Origin: a virus
IMG/VR virus record: IMGVR_UViG_3300025732_000018
DNA length: 64,000 nt
Reading direction: 5' to 3' (one strand)
A program made the translations under genes and the position numbers. Positions 1-9,349 of this stretch are shown here, piece after piece (positions within the stretch are counted from its first letter, which is position 1; each line of letters begins with the position of its first letter). The notes below the pieces were generated by a model. That model made no database searches, had not been told where the DNA came from, and was given only the letters and a program-made list of their open reading frames with translations.

Positions 1-146
1 ACTCGATGAAGAAGGCTGAGGACAAGCAGGACTTTGCTGCTAGACTCGCTAAGTCTCACGGCAGCTTTAAGGATGCTATCTCCGGCAAGCCTGCTGAGCC
101 TAAGAAGCCTAAGATCACTCTTGCCAAGTTCGCAGGTAAGAAATGA
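1..146 (+). CDS. 3' end of a gene truncated by the window edge (head-assembly region)
   Basis: Open frame ...SMKKAEDKQDFAARL...FAGKK stops at TGA 144-146, overlapping the next ATG. Confidence 0.55.
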   Translation, partial: SMKKAEDKQDFAARLAKSHGSFKDAISGKPAEPKKPKITLAKFAGKK

Positions 147-394
147 GTACTGTCTACAAGTTTCTAGGTACTCAGGTAGCTCTCAGCTCAGCTAACAACG
201 TTAACTCGAGCGGACTAATCAGAGTCATCAACAACAGCGCTACGGCGGGAGTTCTTACCGTAGCGTACGCCAACGGAACAACCTACGCTAACACCACCCT
301 AGGTCCCAACGAGTCTATCATCGTTGAGAAGGGTAAGACAGACACACTGGCCGGATCTAGCATGCTAGGCACACCAGTAGCTTACAGGAACTGA
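143..394 (+). CDS. hypothetical protein (head gene cluster)
   Basis: 83 aa ORF coupled to the upstream gene, directly before the prohead protease. Confidence 0.7.
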   Translation: MSTVYKFLGTQVALSSANNVNSSGLIRVINNSATAGVLTVAYANGTTYANTTLGPNESIIVEKGKTDTLAGSSMLGTPVAYRN

Positions 395-398
395 TCTA

Positions 399-1064
399 AT
401 GAAGCTCATTAGAGAGATCGTAGAAGAAGTTAAGTTCGTCAAAGAGGCGAACGAGAGCAAGGGCAAGGACTACTACATCGAGGGAGTGTTCATGCAGGCC
501 GAGCGAGTAAATCGCAACGGTCGCGTCTACCCGATGGGAGTCATGCTCAAGGAAGTAAACAGGTACTGCACCGAGAGCGTCGACAAGAATCGCGCCTACG
601 GTGAGCTAGGTCACCCATCGGGCCCTACCATCAACCTTGACCGCGTGTCTCACATGATCAAGGAGCTGAGAGTGGACGGGTCAAACATCATCGGACGCGC
701 CAAGATCATGGACACCCCGATGGGAAACATCGTCAAGAACCTCATGGACGAGGGAGCCTCCCTAGGAGTCTCTTCAAGAGCGATGGGAAGCCTGAAGCCG
801 AAGAACGGAGTGATGGAGGTACAAGAAGACTTCCACCTCGCCACGGCAGCCGACATCGTCGCGGATCCTTCTGCCCCTGACGCGTACGTTAGCGCGGTAA
901 TGGAGAGCGCCGACTGGGTCTACGTCGAGGGAAAGGGTTGGATAGAGCAGTTCATCGACGACGCTAAGAGGACTATAAAGAACGCCTCGTCCAATGAGTT
1001 GGCCGAGAAGAAGGTTCAAGTCTTCTCTCAGTTCATGAAGCTTCTGTCCGAGGGTAAGAATTAA
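399..1064 (+). CDS. gp21: prohead core protein protease (T4 gp21-like)
   Basis: YIEGVFMQAE-NRNGRVYP, GELGHP, GVSSRAMGS, ADIVADPSAPDA motifs; synteny before gp22/gp23. Confidence 0.96.
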   Translation: MKLIREIVEEVKFVKEANESKGKDYYIEGVFMQAERVNRNGRVYPMGVMLKEVNRYCTESVDKNRAYGELGHPSGPTINLDRVSHMIKELRVDGSNIIGRAKIMDTPMGNIVKNLMDEGASLGVSSRAMGSLKPKNGVMEVQEDFHLATAADIVADPSAPDAYVSAVMESADWVYVEGKGWIEQFIDDAKRTIKNASSNELAEKKVQVFSQFMKLLSEGKN

Positions 1065-1071
1065 GCTTTTT

Positions 1072-1079
1072 TATAAATA
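1072..1079 (+). promoter_or_regulatory. T4-type late promoter (TATAAATA)
   Basis: Exact gp55 consensus upstream of the scaffold gene; gp55 is in the window. Confidence 0.85.
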
Positions 1080-1106
1080 AAAAGAAGCGCTTCAAAGGAG
1101 TAGTAA

Positions 1107-2105
1107 ATGTCTAAAGATAAAAAGCAAGAGGAACTCGTTGAGTTCAAGGCTACCGGGGAGAACTCGATGGTAGCCGATCCGGTCGCCGGAGGCAACCCCC
1201 ACGCTAATCGTCCGGCCGACAAGACCGAGGGCGAGAAGGCTATGCCAAAGCTGACCAAGTACCAGATCCTCGCCGACATCATGGCCGCGGCTTCTAAGAT
1301 GAACAAGGAGAACCTCTCCTCGATTCACAGCAAGGTCAACGAGATGTGCGGACCTGGCACTAAGAAGAAGACCGTCAACGAGATGGTCAAGGAAGACATC
1401 ACCGAACTGTTCGGCAGCGAGTTGACTGAAGAGTTCATCGACAAGGCTTCGACGATCTTTGAGGCTGCAGTGTCGACTAAGGTAGAGACTGAGCTAGCTC
1501 GTCTCGAAGAAGAGTTTAATGCCAAGCTGACCGAAGAGACCGAGAAGCATCTCGCCGAGATGACCGAGAAGGTTGACCAGTACGTCACTTACATCGCAGA
1601 AGAGTGGATGAAGGAAAACGCCCTCGAGGTTGAGGCCGGACTCCGCACTGAAATGACAGAGAGCTTCCTCGCTGGTCTCAAGTCGCTCCTTGAAGAGCAC
1701 TACGTAGAGATCCCAGACGAAAAAGTGGAGGTTGTGGAAACCCTAGCCGAGAAGATCGAGGAGCTCGAAGCAAAGCTCAACGAGGAGATCGACTCCAAGG
1801 TAGCCATGAGAAAGACCATCGAGGAGATGCAGGCTCAGAAGATCCTTGACGAACTGACTGAAGGACTCGCTGAGACTCAGAAAGAGAAGTTCCGCACTCT
1901 TGCCGAGAACATTGAATACGCCGACAACGACGAGCTCAGGAAGAAACTTGAGATCCTCAAGGAGTCGTACTTCAAGGCCTCAGAGAAGGTGACCGGTAAG
2001 GAAGATGAGCTCATCTCTGACGCTGTTGAGCCTCTCAACGAGCAGACCGTCGATCCGAGAGTATCGAGGTACGTTACCGCTCTGTCGCGAACCATCAAGA
2101 AATAA
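1107..2105 (+). CDS. gp22: prohead core scaffold protein (T4 gp22-like)
   Basis: Acidic coiled coil with KASTIFEAAV, YIAEEWMKEN, ESFLAGLKSL; between protease and capsid genes. Confidence 0.93.
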   Translation: MSKDKKQEELVEFKATGENSMVADPVAGGNPHANRPADKTEGEKAMPKLTKYQILADIMAAASKMNKENLSSIHSKVNEMCGPGTKKKTVNEMVKEDITELFGSELTEEFIDKASTIFEAAVSTKVETELARLEEEFNAKLTEETEKHLAEMTEKVDQYVTYIAEEWMKENALEVEAGLRTEMTESFLAGLKSLLEEHYVEIPDEKVEVVETLAEKIEELEAKLNEEIDSKVAMRKTIEEMQAQKILDELTEGLAETQKEKFRTLAENIEYADNDELRKKLEILKESYFKASEKVTGKEDELISDAVEPLNEQTVDPRVSRYVTALSRTIKK

Positions 2106-2110
2106 TTGGT

Positions 2111-2118
2111 TATAAATA
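2111..2118 (+). promoter_or_regulatory. T4-type late promoter (TATAAATA)
   Basis: Exact consensus upstream of the major capsid gene. Confidence 0.87.
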
Positions 2119-2146
2119 AATCTAAGAAACAACAAGGAGCACTATA

Positions 2147-3508
2147 ATGTTTCTAAACGAAGAAGTTCAAAACAAGTGGAAGGCGGTCCTCGACCACGAG
2201 TCGCTTTCTCCGATTAAGGACACTCACCGCCGCTCGGTTACCGCGGTCCTCCTCGAGAACACCGAGAAGGAATCGGCTGCTCAGCGTGGTTGGGCTCCTC
2301 AGAGCCTCCTGGAAGCCGGTCCGGCTAACCAGATGGGTGCGTCTTCATCGACTGCATCTGACGGCGCTATCGACACCTACGATCCGGTTCTCATCTCGCT
2401 CGTTCGTCGCGCGGCTCCGAACCTGATCGCCTACGACCTCTGCGGCGTTCAGCCGATGACCGGTCCTACCGGCCTCATCTTCGCTATGCGCTCACGCTAC
2501 GCCAACCAGGTCGGCACTGAGGCCTTCTACAACGAAGCCAACACTGAGTTCGCCTCGGTCGGTTACAACGGCTCTGTAGCTGCTCCTGGCAGCCAGCAGG
2601 TCGGCACCGCTCCTGGCACCCAGACCGGTTACCTCGGTTCGGCTGGTGACGGCCTCGCGAGCGCCTACAACTACGCACAGGGTATGTCGACCGCTCAGGC
2701 TGAGCAGCTCGGCGACGTTGCCAACGCTGCCTTCGCTGAGATGGCTTTCTCGATCGAGAAGGTTACCGTCACTGCTAAGAGCCGCGCCCTCAAGGCTGAG
2801 TACACCATGGAACTGGCTCAGGACCTCAAGGCGATCCACGGACTGGACGCTGAGACCGAACTAGCCAACATCCTCAGCACCGAGATCCTGGCCGAAATCA
2901 ACCGCGAAGTAGTTCGTACCATCAACGTATCGGCCGTCCGCGGCGCGAACACTGGTACAACCACTGCCGGTATCTTCGACCTCGACACCGACTCAAACGG
3001 CCGCTGGTCGGTTGAAAAGTTCAAGGGCCTCATGTTCCAGCTCGAGCGTGAAGCTAACCAACTTGCCAAGGACACCCGTCGCGGCAAGGGTAACATCATC
3101 CTCTGCTCGTCAGACGTCGCGTCTGCCCTCCAGATGGCTGGTGTTCTTGACTACACCCCGGCTCTCAACAGCAACTCGCTGAACGTAGACGACACTGGCA
3201 ACACCTTCGCCGGCGTTCTCAACGGTCGCTTCAAGGTCTACATCGATCCGTACACCACTGGCAACTACGCTACTGTCGGTTACAAGGGCGCCTCGGCATT
3301 CGACGCCGGCCTCTTCTACTGCCCGTACGTTCCGCTGCAGATGGTTCGCGCGGTTGGTGAGAACAGCTTCCAGCCGAAGATCGGATTCAAGACCCGCTAC
3401 GGCATGGTCGCTAACCCGTTCTCACGCGGAGCTACCGCTTCTGACGGCACCATTCTCACCGCTCAGAACGTCTACTATCGCAGGATCGTTGTTAACAACA
3501 TCATGTAA
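2147..3508 (+). CDS. gp23: major capsid protein (T4 gp23-like)
   Basis: LIAYDLCGVQPMTGPTGLIFAMR, KSRALKAEYTMELAQDLKAIHGLDAE, FQPKIGFKTRYG. Confidence 0.98.
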   Translation: MFLNEEVQNKWKAVLDHESLSPIKDTHRRSVTAVLLENTEKESAAQRGWAPQSLLEAGPANQMGASSSTASDGAIDTYDPVLISLVRRAAPNLIAYDLCGVQPMTGPTGLIFAMRSRYANQVGTEAFYNEANTEFASVGYNGSVAAPGSQQVGTAPGTQTGYLGSAGDGLASAYNYAQGMSTAQAEQLGDVANAAFAEMAFSIEKVTVTAKSRALKAEYTMELAQDLKAIHGLDAETELANILSTEILAEINREVVRTINVSAVRGANTGTTTAGIFDLDTDSNGRWSVEKFKGLMFQLEREANQLAKDTRRGKGNIILCSSDVASALQMAGVLDYTPALNSNSLNVDDTGNTFAGVLNGRFKVYIDPYTTGNYATVGYKGASAFDAGLFYCPYVPLQMVRAVGENSFQPKIGFKTRYGMVANPFSRGATASDGTILTAQNVYYRRIVVNNIM

Positions 3509-3540
3509 TAATCAAGATCGGGGTTCACCCGATAAGACTA

Positions 3541-3565
3541 AGGGGGGCTTCGGCCCCCCTTTTTT
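3541..3565 (+). terminator. intrinsic terminator after gp23
   Basis: AGGGGGGC-TTCG-GCCCCCCT followed by a T-tract. Confidence 0.92.
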
Positions 3566-3854
3566 ATTCCCTAGAGATCTTCTTGCCAGTCTCTCGTAGC
3601 TTTCGATGCTCGTTTGGTACCATGTAGTACTCTAGAGCAGCTATGATAGAGTCTCGAAACTTGATCTGGTCGTTCATGTTCTCAGCTAGGTATGAGCTCT
3701 TGACTGGATCGACCGCCTCTGTCTCACGCGCGTTACCGATCTGCTCACACAGTAACAGGTAGTCCTGGGACAGTACGTCTCGCAGCACCTTGTCCAAGCT
3801 CTCAGGCTCGAGCTCCACGTTCATGGTGGCCTTCACCTTGATCTTACCGTTCAT
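3564..3854 (-). CDS. hypothetical protein
   Basis: 96 aa ORF with GGAG upstream on the - strand, downstream of the leftward tRNAs. Confidence 0.65.
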   Translation of the reverse strand: MNGKIKVKATMNVELEPESLDKVLRDVLSQDYLLLCEQIGNARETEAVDPVKSSYLAENMNDQIKFRDSIIAALEYYMVPNEHRKLRETGKKISRE

Positions 3855-3877
3855 AACAAATAGTCTCCAAATAGTGA

Positions 3878-3954
3878 TGGTGCCCGCGGTAGGACTCGAA
3901 CCTACACTTAGGAGGGTTTAAAGCTCTTGCCTCTGCCGGTTGGGCTACGCGGGC
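3878..3954 (-). tRNA. tRNA-Leu(TAA), short variable loop
   Basis: Reverse complement GCCCGCG...TTTAAAC loop...GTTCGAGTCC...CGCGGGC-ACCA; imperfect anticodon stem. Confidence 0.75.
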
Positions 3955-3957
3955 AAT

Positions 3958-4032
3958 TGGTGGGCGCGGTAGGACTCGAACCTACACTCAGACCGTTATG
4001 AGCGGCCGGCTTCACCTTTAAGCTACACGCCC
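3958..4032 (-). tRNA. tRNA-Ile2/Met(CAT)
   Basis: Reverse complement GGGCGTG...GGCCG-CTCATAA-CGGTC...GTTCGAGTCC...CGCGCCC-ACCA. Confidence 0.88.
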
Positions 4033-4069
4033 TATAGACCAGGGGATCGCACCCCCTGATCATTTATGC

Positions 4070-4318
4070 TTAGACCGACTGTTGAGCCAGAGCTCGGTAG
4101 CCGGCGGCGATCACTTCTCGCGACGGCGTGCCGAGGCGGTACTTCATAGTGATACCTTCCTTGGTCTTACGCTCGTTGAGGTAGATCGGGTAGCCCTGCA
4201 TGCGGAGAGACGAGATCGTGGCGGTGACGTTGGCCACCCCGTAACGAGACTCGATCTGAGCCTTGGTGAGCTCCTCGCCGTTCATGAAGGCATTCAGTAC
4301 GCGCTGTGCATTAGACAT
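4070..4318 (-). CDS. small winged-helix/HTH-like DNA-binding protein
   Basis: GEELTKAQIESRYGVANVTATISSLRMQGYPIY pattern; early promoter upstream. Confidence 0.65.
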   Translation of the reverse strand: MSNAQRVLNAFMNGEELTKAQIESRYGVANVTATISSLRMQGYPIYLNERKTKEGITMKYRLGTPSREVIAAGYRALAQQSV

Positions 4319-4390
4319 TCTAAAACCTCTTAGTTCGTTTCACATGTGTGCGGTCTTAGCTGACCGTATTATTAAAGTAAGCCATTATGA

Positions 4391-4678
4391 AAATAATGTC
4401 AACTAGATTAGTGAGGGGTCTCTAGGGAGCCGACCAGAACCATCCCAGCCAGAAAGAAACCGATCACCAGCCAGAACCAGACTCGCTGAAACTCGGGAGA
4501 ATCGATATGGTACATGTTAACCTCTTACCTTTCCTTATATTCTTATAGTAGTCCATTTCACAAATAATGTCAACCAGATCCTCTGGAATGGTTAACAGAA
4601 GGTTAATGGTCCTATCTAAAGGGCTTTTTATGTGTTGTCGTTATAACCTATTATAAGAGCTCTGGAAATAATGTCAAC
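4391..4678 (-). promoter_or_regulatory. three tandem leftward early promoters (GTTGACATTATTT)
   Basis: AAATAATGTCAAC on the + strand at 4391, 4562 and 4666; the same motif precedes early genes at 36823, 38571, 39155, 44355, 49907. Confidence 0.85.
4408..4515 (-). CDS. 35-aa single-pass membrane peptide (not in the ORF track)
   Basis: MYHIDSPEFQRVWFWLVIGFFLAGMVLVGSLETPH*, with AAGAGG SD, downstream of the 4562-4574 promoter. Confidence 0.6.
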   Translation of the reverse strand: MYHIDSPEFQRVWFWLVIGFFLAGMVLVGSLETPH

Positions 4679-4715
4679 CGAATAGAACGGCATAAATAGC
4701 ACAGGAGGACCGACC

Positions 4716-5228
4716 ATGGCAATCATAGAGAAGCAGCCTACGAATCCGAACTTTCTGACTGGAGCAGGGTTTCAGTTCAACCTGTCCAGGACACCAAACG
4801 TTAACTTCTTTGCCACGAGAGCCACCCTCCCGACGATCGATCTTGGATACATCGACGTGAACACTCCGTTCGTCAGGCTTCCGAACCCAGGAATCAACCT
4901 GACCTTCGGAGACTTCAACTTAACGTTCAAGGTCGACGAGGACATGAAGAACTACTTTGAGATATACGACTGGCTGATCCAGCTCGGCTTCCCAGACTCG
5001 TTCACTCAGTACACCGCAGGCCGCGTCTCTCCGACAGACAAGAACTACTCGGACGGAACTCTGATGGTCATGTCGAGCAAGCACAATCCCAACCTAGTAG
5101 TCACGTTCCAGGACATGTTTCCGATCCTGCTGTCAGAGCTGAGCTTCAGCTACGAGGATACGGACGTCGAGACACTAGAGGCTACCGTAACTTTCCGCTA
5201 CAAGAAGTTCTCCATAGAAAAGCTCTAA
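4716..5228 (+). CDS. gp3: tail completion/terminator protein (T4 gp3-like)
   Basis: NPNFL...FQF, LTFKVDEDMKNY-EIYDWL, ATVTFRY; CATAAATA late promoter at 4691; synteny with uvsY/uvsW. Confidence 0.85.
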   Translation: MAIIEKQPTNPNFLTGAGFQFNLSRTPNVNFFATRATLPTIDLGYIDVNTPFVRLPNPGINLTFGDFNLTFKVDEDMKNYFEIYDWLIQLGFPDSFTQYTAGRVSPTDKNYSDGTLMVMSSKHNPNLVVTFQDMFPILLSELSFSYEDTDVETLEATVTFRYKKFSIEKL

Positions 5229-5290
5229 TATCAGTTTACTTTTTTTACAGAGTTTGTTATATTAAAGAGTAGACCTATGGAGACTTTGAC

Positions 5291-5725
5291 ATGGACATCG
5301 CGGAAATTCACGACTTGTGGGATCAAGACTCTAAGATAGATCCAACCGACCTAGGGACCGCGAGCCTCATAATCCCACAGCTTCACGCCAAGTACATGCG
5401 TCTCTACACGACTGAGAAGCTGACTCTCAAGAAGATGGAGCAGGGACACAAGGAGCTCGTCCGACTGAAGTGGGAGTACTATGGCGGCACGCTTGACGAG
5501 GAGACTCTCTCCGAGAACGGATGGAGACCGAACCCTCTCAAGATCCTTCGCTCCGACATTCCGATGCACCTAGACTCGGATCAGGACATCATAAAGTCCA
5601 ACCTCAAGACCGCATACATAAGAGAGAAAGTCGATCTGTTAGAAGCGATCGTCAAGACTCTGAACAACCGAGGCTTCCTCATAAAGAACTACATAGACTG
5701 GTACAAGTTTACTAATGGGGCGTGA
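5291..5725 (+). CDS. uvsY: recombination mediator UvsY
   Basis: WDQDSKID...IPQLHAKY...RGFLIKNYIDW-KF. Confidence 0.9.
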   Translation: MDIAEIHDLWDQDSKIDPTDLGTASLIIPQLHAKYMRLYTTEKLTLKKMEQGHKELVRLKWEYYGGTLDEETLSENGWRPNPLKILRSDIPMHLDSDQDIIKSNLKTAYIREKVDLLEAIVKTLNNRGFLIKNYIDWYKFTNGA

Positions 5726-7185
5726 TGACTGACGTTATAATAAAGAAGCTCAACGACGTCTACTGCAAGGTTATCTCTGACACTGGGATAGCTCAAGAGC
5801 TCAGCGACTTGTTTACGTTCATGGTTCCTGGTGCAAAGTTCATGCCCCAGGTTCGTAACAAGTTCTGGGACGGTAAGATTCGCCTCTTTAATATGATGAA
5901 CAAGACGATATACGCCGGACTGACCTCCGAGATAGTGAAGTTCTGCGAGCTGAGAAGCTACACGTGCGAGGTCGACCCAGACCTGCAGATCCAGTTCTCA
6001 GTGGACGACGACTACCTCAACGACCTCATCAAGGAGCTGAAGGTAAAGCACGAGCCTCGCGACTACCAGCGAGAGGCCTTCATACACGCCGTCAATAACA
6101 ACCGCTCAGTTCTTCTCTCTCCTACGGGATCAGGTAAGTCTCTCATAATCTACCTGCTGACGCGTCACTACATGCTTGAGAACAAGCGAGTACTCGTCGT
6201 GGTTCCTACGACGTCGCTGGTTCACCAGATGAGGTCTGACTTCATCGACTACAACAACGGTAAGGACCTCGACATTCACATCATCATGTCAGGTCACGAG
6301 AAAGATACTCAGTCCGACATCACCATCACCACGTGGCAGTCGATCTTTAAGATGCCGATGGAGTGGTTCGAGAGGTTCAACGTAGTCATCGGTGACGAGG
6401 CTCATCTCTTCAAGGCCAAGTCTCTCACCGACATCATGACCAAGCTGGTAGACTGCCCGCACAGGTTTGGATTCACGGGAACGCTCGACGGCGCTCTGAC
6501 AAACAAGATGATCCTAGAGGGTCTGTTTGGTCCGGTTCATAAGGTCACGTCTACCAAGCAGCTTATGGACGACGAGCATCTGTCGACTCTCAGCATCAGC
6601 GTCATACGTCTAAAGTACACGGACGAGGAGAGAAAGCTTCTGAAGGGAGCTTCCTATCAAGATGAGATAGACTGGCTGGTTAGACACGAGCGTCGAAACG
6701 ACTTCATAACGAACATGGTAAAGTATGGTCTAAAAGAAAATACTCTTGTGCTGTTTCAATATGTTGACAAACATGGCAAAGTATTGTATGATAAGATAAG
6801 TGCCGCCGTGGGAGACAAGAGGAAGGTGTACTTTATCCATGGAGGAGTTGAGGCCGAGGAGCGAGAGCAGATAAGAGCTATCGTCGAGGCTGATAGCAGC
6901 GCGATCATCATAGCTAGCTACGGGACGTTCTCTACCGGTGTCAACATTAAGAACCTTCATAACGTGGTGTTCGCCTCTCCGACTAAGTCTAGGGTGAGGT
7001 CTCTTCAGTCCATCGGTCGCGGCCTAAGAATAACTGACACCAAGAAGACTGCAAAGCTATACGACTTCGCCGACGACTTGATCTATAAGTCACACGTCAA
7101 CCACACTATGAAGCACTTTATGGAGAGGGTGAAGATATATGACGAAGAAAAGTTCGACTACGTGGTAATAAACAGAGAGCTCTAA
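5722..7185 (+). CDS. uvsW: UvsW RNA/DNA helicase
   Basis: WDGKIRLF, SPTGSGKS, DEAH, QSIGRGLR SF2 motifs. Confidence 0.95.
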   Translation: MMTDVIIKKLNDVYCKVISDTGIAQELSDLFTFMVPGAKFMPQVRNKFWDGKIRLFNMMNKTIYAGLTSEIVKFCELRSYTCEVDPDLQIQFSVDDDYLNDLIKELKVKHEPRDYQREAFIHAVNNNRSVLLSPTGSGKSLIIYLLTRHYMLENKRVLVVVPTTSLVHQMRSDFIDYNNGKDLDIHIIMSGHEKDTQSDITITTWQSIFKMPMEWFERFNVVIGDEAHLFKAKSLTDIMTKLVDCPHRFGFTGTLDGALTNKMILEGLFGPVHKVTSTKQLMDDEHLSTLSISVIRLKYTDEERKLLKGASYQDEIDWLVRHERRNDFITNMVKYGLKENTLVLFQYVDKHGKVLYDKISAAVGDKRKVYFIHGGVEAEEREQIRAIVEADSSAIIIASYGTFSTGVNIKNLHNVVFASPTKSRVRSLQSIGRGLRITDTKKTAKLYDFADDLIYKSHVNHTMKHFMERVKIYDEEKFDYVVINREL

Positions 7186-7541
7186 TGGCAACCATAATGC
7201 ACCTGTCCGATGGGACTATGATCATGGGAGAGATCGAGGAATCGAGCTCCGGAAAAAAAGCCTTGACATTAAAGAATCCAATTGAGATAATAATGTCTAT
7301 GTCCTCCGAAGAGTCTTACGTATTCTATGGAAGACTCTGGATGCCGTTCGTAGATCAGCAGCAAATTACTCTCAACGCTGATCACGTCATAGCCTTTGGA
7401 ACTCCTACAGAAAAAGTTATGAAGTACTACACAAAGTTAATAGCTGAACCAGAAGAGCAAGAAGAGAAAGCGCAGCTTGACTCAGAAGACCTGAGCGAGG
7501 CCGTAGAACTTCTAGCCAAGCAGAAAGGGAGATACCACTGA
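7185..7541 (+). CDS. conserved T4-like hypothetical protein
   Basis: 118 aa coupled ORF between uvsW and gp55. Confidence 0.7.
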   Translation: MATIMHLSDGTMIMGEIEESSSGKKALTLKNPIEIIMSMSSEESYVFYGRLWMPFVDQQQITLNADHVIAFGTPTEKVMKYYTKLIAEPEEQEEKAQLDSEDLSEAVELLAKQKGRYH

Positions 7542-8101
7542 TGGAAGCTCCCATGAAGAAAGTACCTAGACACTACGTAGACAATAAGAAGTTCTACACC
7601 GCTATCATAAAGTACAAGCAGGACGTCAAGCACGCCGAGGAGCACGGCCTTGAGAAGCCTCGGATTCCTAACTACGTCGGAGAGTGTCTTCTTAACATCG
7701 CCAACCGTCTCTCGACGAGACCCAACTTCGTTAACTATCCCTTCAGGGAGGAGATGGTGTCCGACGGTATCGAGAACTGTCTTCAGTACTTTGATAACTT
7801 TAATCCTGAGAAGACGAGTAACCCGTTCTCATACTTTACTCAGATCATATACTACGCCTTTCTTCGACGCATCCACAAGGAGAAGCGTCAGCTGTACGTC
7901 AAGTACAAGACCCTTCAGAACCTTCACGTAATGGGAATGCTGGCGGCTCAAGGCGACGCTGACGACGCCAAGAGCGTTGACTTCATATCAGCTAACAACG
8001 AGTACATGGATAACCTAGTTAGATCCATCGAGAGCAAGATGAAGGTAAAGAAAGAAGTTAAACCTAAGACAGTGATGAGAAAGTTCTATGATAAAGAGTA
8101 A
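7541..8101 (+). CDS. gp55: late-transcription sigma factor (T4 gp55-like)
   Basis: HYVDNKKF, EMVSDGIENC, NPFSYFTQIIYYAFLRRI-KEKRQ. Confidence 0.95.
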   Translation: MEAPMKKVPRHYVDNKKFYTAIIKYKQDVKHAEEHGLEKPRIPNYVGECLLNIANRLSTRPNFVNYPFREEMVSDGIENCLQYFDNFNPEKTSNPFSYFTQIIYYAFLRRIHKEKRQLYVKYKTLQNLHVMGMLAAQGDADDAKSVDFISANNEYMDNLVRSIESKMKVKKEVKPKTVMRKFYDKE

Positions 8102-8276
8102 GATGCACCTGGTGCCGCAAGTGATCATTGATGTGGCGGAGTCCATTAAAGACAATGGTAACCCGAACTCACGCGAGATGTACATGGCTAGAATTGAAGC
8201 TATCAAAGACTTCTGCGAGTACGTGATAGCTAGAGAGAAAGCAGCCAAGTCGATCTCTGCAGTCAAGAGAAAGTAA
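8088..8276 (+). CDS. hypothetical protein
   Basis: Short coupled ORF between gp55 and gp47. Confidence 0.6.
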   Translation: MIKSKMHLVPQVIIDVAESIKDNGNPNSREMYMARIEAIKDFCEYVIAREKAAKSISAVKRK

Positions 8277-9346
8277 TGAAGGTAGCTCTTATAACAGACA
8301 CACACTGGGGTGTTCGCAACGACAGTCAGGTCTTTCTAGAAGCCAACCGTCGCTTCATGAACGACATCTTCTTTCCTAAGCTGATGGAAGAAGGAATCCA
8401 GCACGTCATCCACCTCGGAGACCTGGTCGACCGCCGTAAGTACATCAACTTCAATACGGCTAGAAGACTTCGCCACGACTTCCTTGAGCCCCTTAATTCA
8501 AGGGGCGACATTAAGGAGGTGCACATCATAGCCGGTAACCACGACACCTACTATAAGAACACGAACGAGATCAACGCCCTCCGCGAGCTGACACACGGCT
8601 ACGAGAAGATCAACATCTACGACGCTAACCCAGTAGAGATAAACATCGGCGGTCTGGACATCTTGCTTCTACCGTGGATCTGCGACGAGAACAGGAAGGA
8701 GACTCTCGATGCTATCAAAAGAACCAAGGCGCAAGTCGCTATGGGACACCTTGAGCTACAAGGTTTTGAGATGTATAGAGGAAGCATGGTCAGTCACGGT
8801 GACGATCCTGGTCTCTTTGATCGCTTTGATCTTGTTTGTTCTGGGCATTACCATCATCGCTCCTCTTCTGGTAGCATTCATTATCTTGGCTCTCATGCTG
8901 AGTTTACATGGAGCGATTACAATGATGCTCGGGGGTTCCACATCCTCGACACCGAGACGAGAGAACTAGAGTTCATCGAGAACCCTTATAGGATGTTCGA
9001 GAAGATCTTCTACGACGACTCTGAGATGAGCATAGATGAGATTAACTCTCGTGACTTTGACATGTACAGGGGAATGTGTCTCAAGGTCGTCATCAAGAAC
9101 AAGACCAATCCTTATATGTTCGACATGTTCATCGACCGACTAGAGAAAGTAAACCCGGCAGATCTCCAGATCGTCGAGGACCACCTCAACCTCGGTCTAG
9201 TCGAGGACGAGGATATAGTCGATGAGGCAGAAGATACGTTGACAATTTTTAGAAAGTATGTTAATAATATGACTATAGACGTCAGCAAAGAGAAGCTGAA
9301 CAAGACCATTACAGAGGTCTACGCCGAAGCTCTTGAGTTAAAGTGA
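8276..9346 (+). CDS. gp47: recombination endonuclease subunit (gp47, Mre11/SbcD-like)
   Basis: DTHWG, HLGDLVDRRK, GNHD, SGHYH metallophosphoesterase motifs. Confidence 0.95.
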   Translation: MKVALITDTHWGVRNDSQVFLEANRRFMNDIFFPKLMEEGIQHVIHLGDLVDRRKYINFNTARRLRHDFLEPLNSRGDIKEVHIIAGNHDTYYKNTNEINALRELTHGYEKINIYDANPVEINIGGLDILLLPWICDENRKETLDAIKRTKAQVAMGHLELQGFEMYRGSMVSHGDDPGLFDRFDLVCSGHYHHRSSSGSIHYLGSHAEFTWSDYNDARGFHILDTETRELEFIENPYRMFEKIFYDDSEMSIDEINSRDFDMYRGMCLKVVIKNKTNPYMFDMFIDRLEKVNPADLQIVEDHLNLGLVEDEDIVDEAEDTLTIFRKYVNNMTIDVSKEKLNKTITEVYAEALELK

Positions 9347-9349
9347 CAT

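Noticed and set aside
3878-3954. Ochre suppressor tRNA (TTA anticodon) implying stop-codon recoding
   Set aside because: Standard cloverleaf spacing places the loop at TTTAAAC (anticodon TAA, Leu), and TAA is the normal stop of core genes such as gp23.
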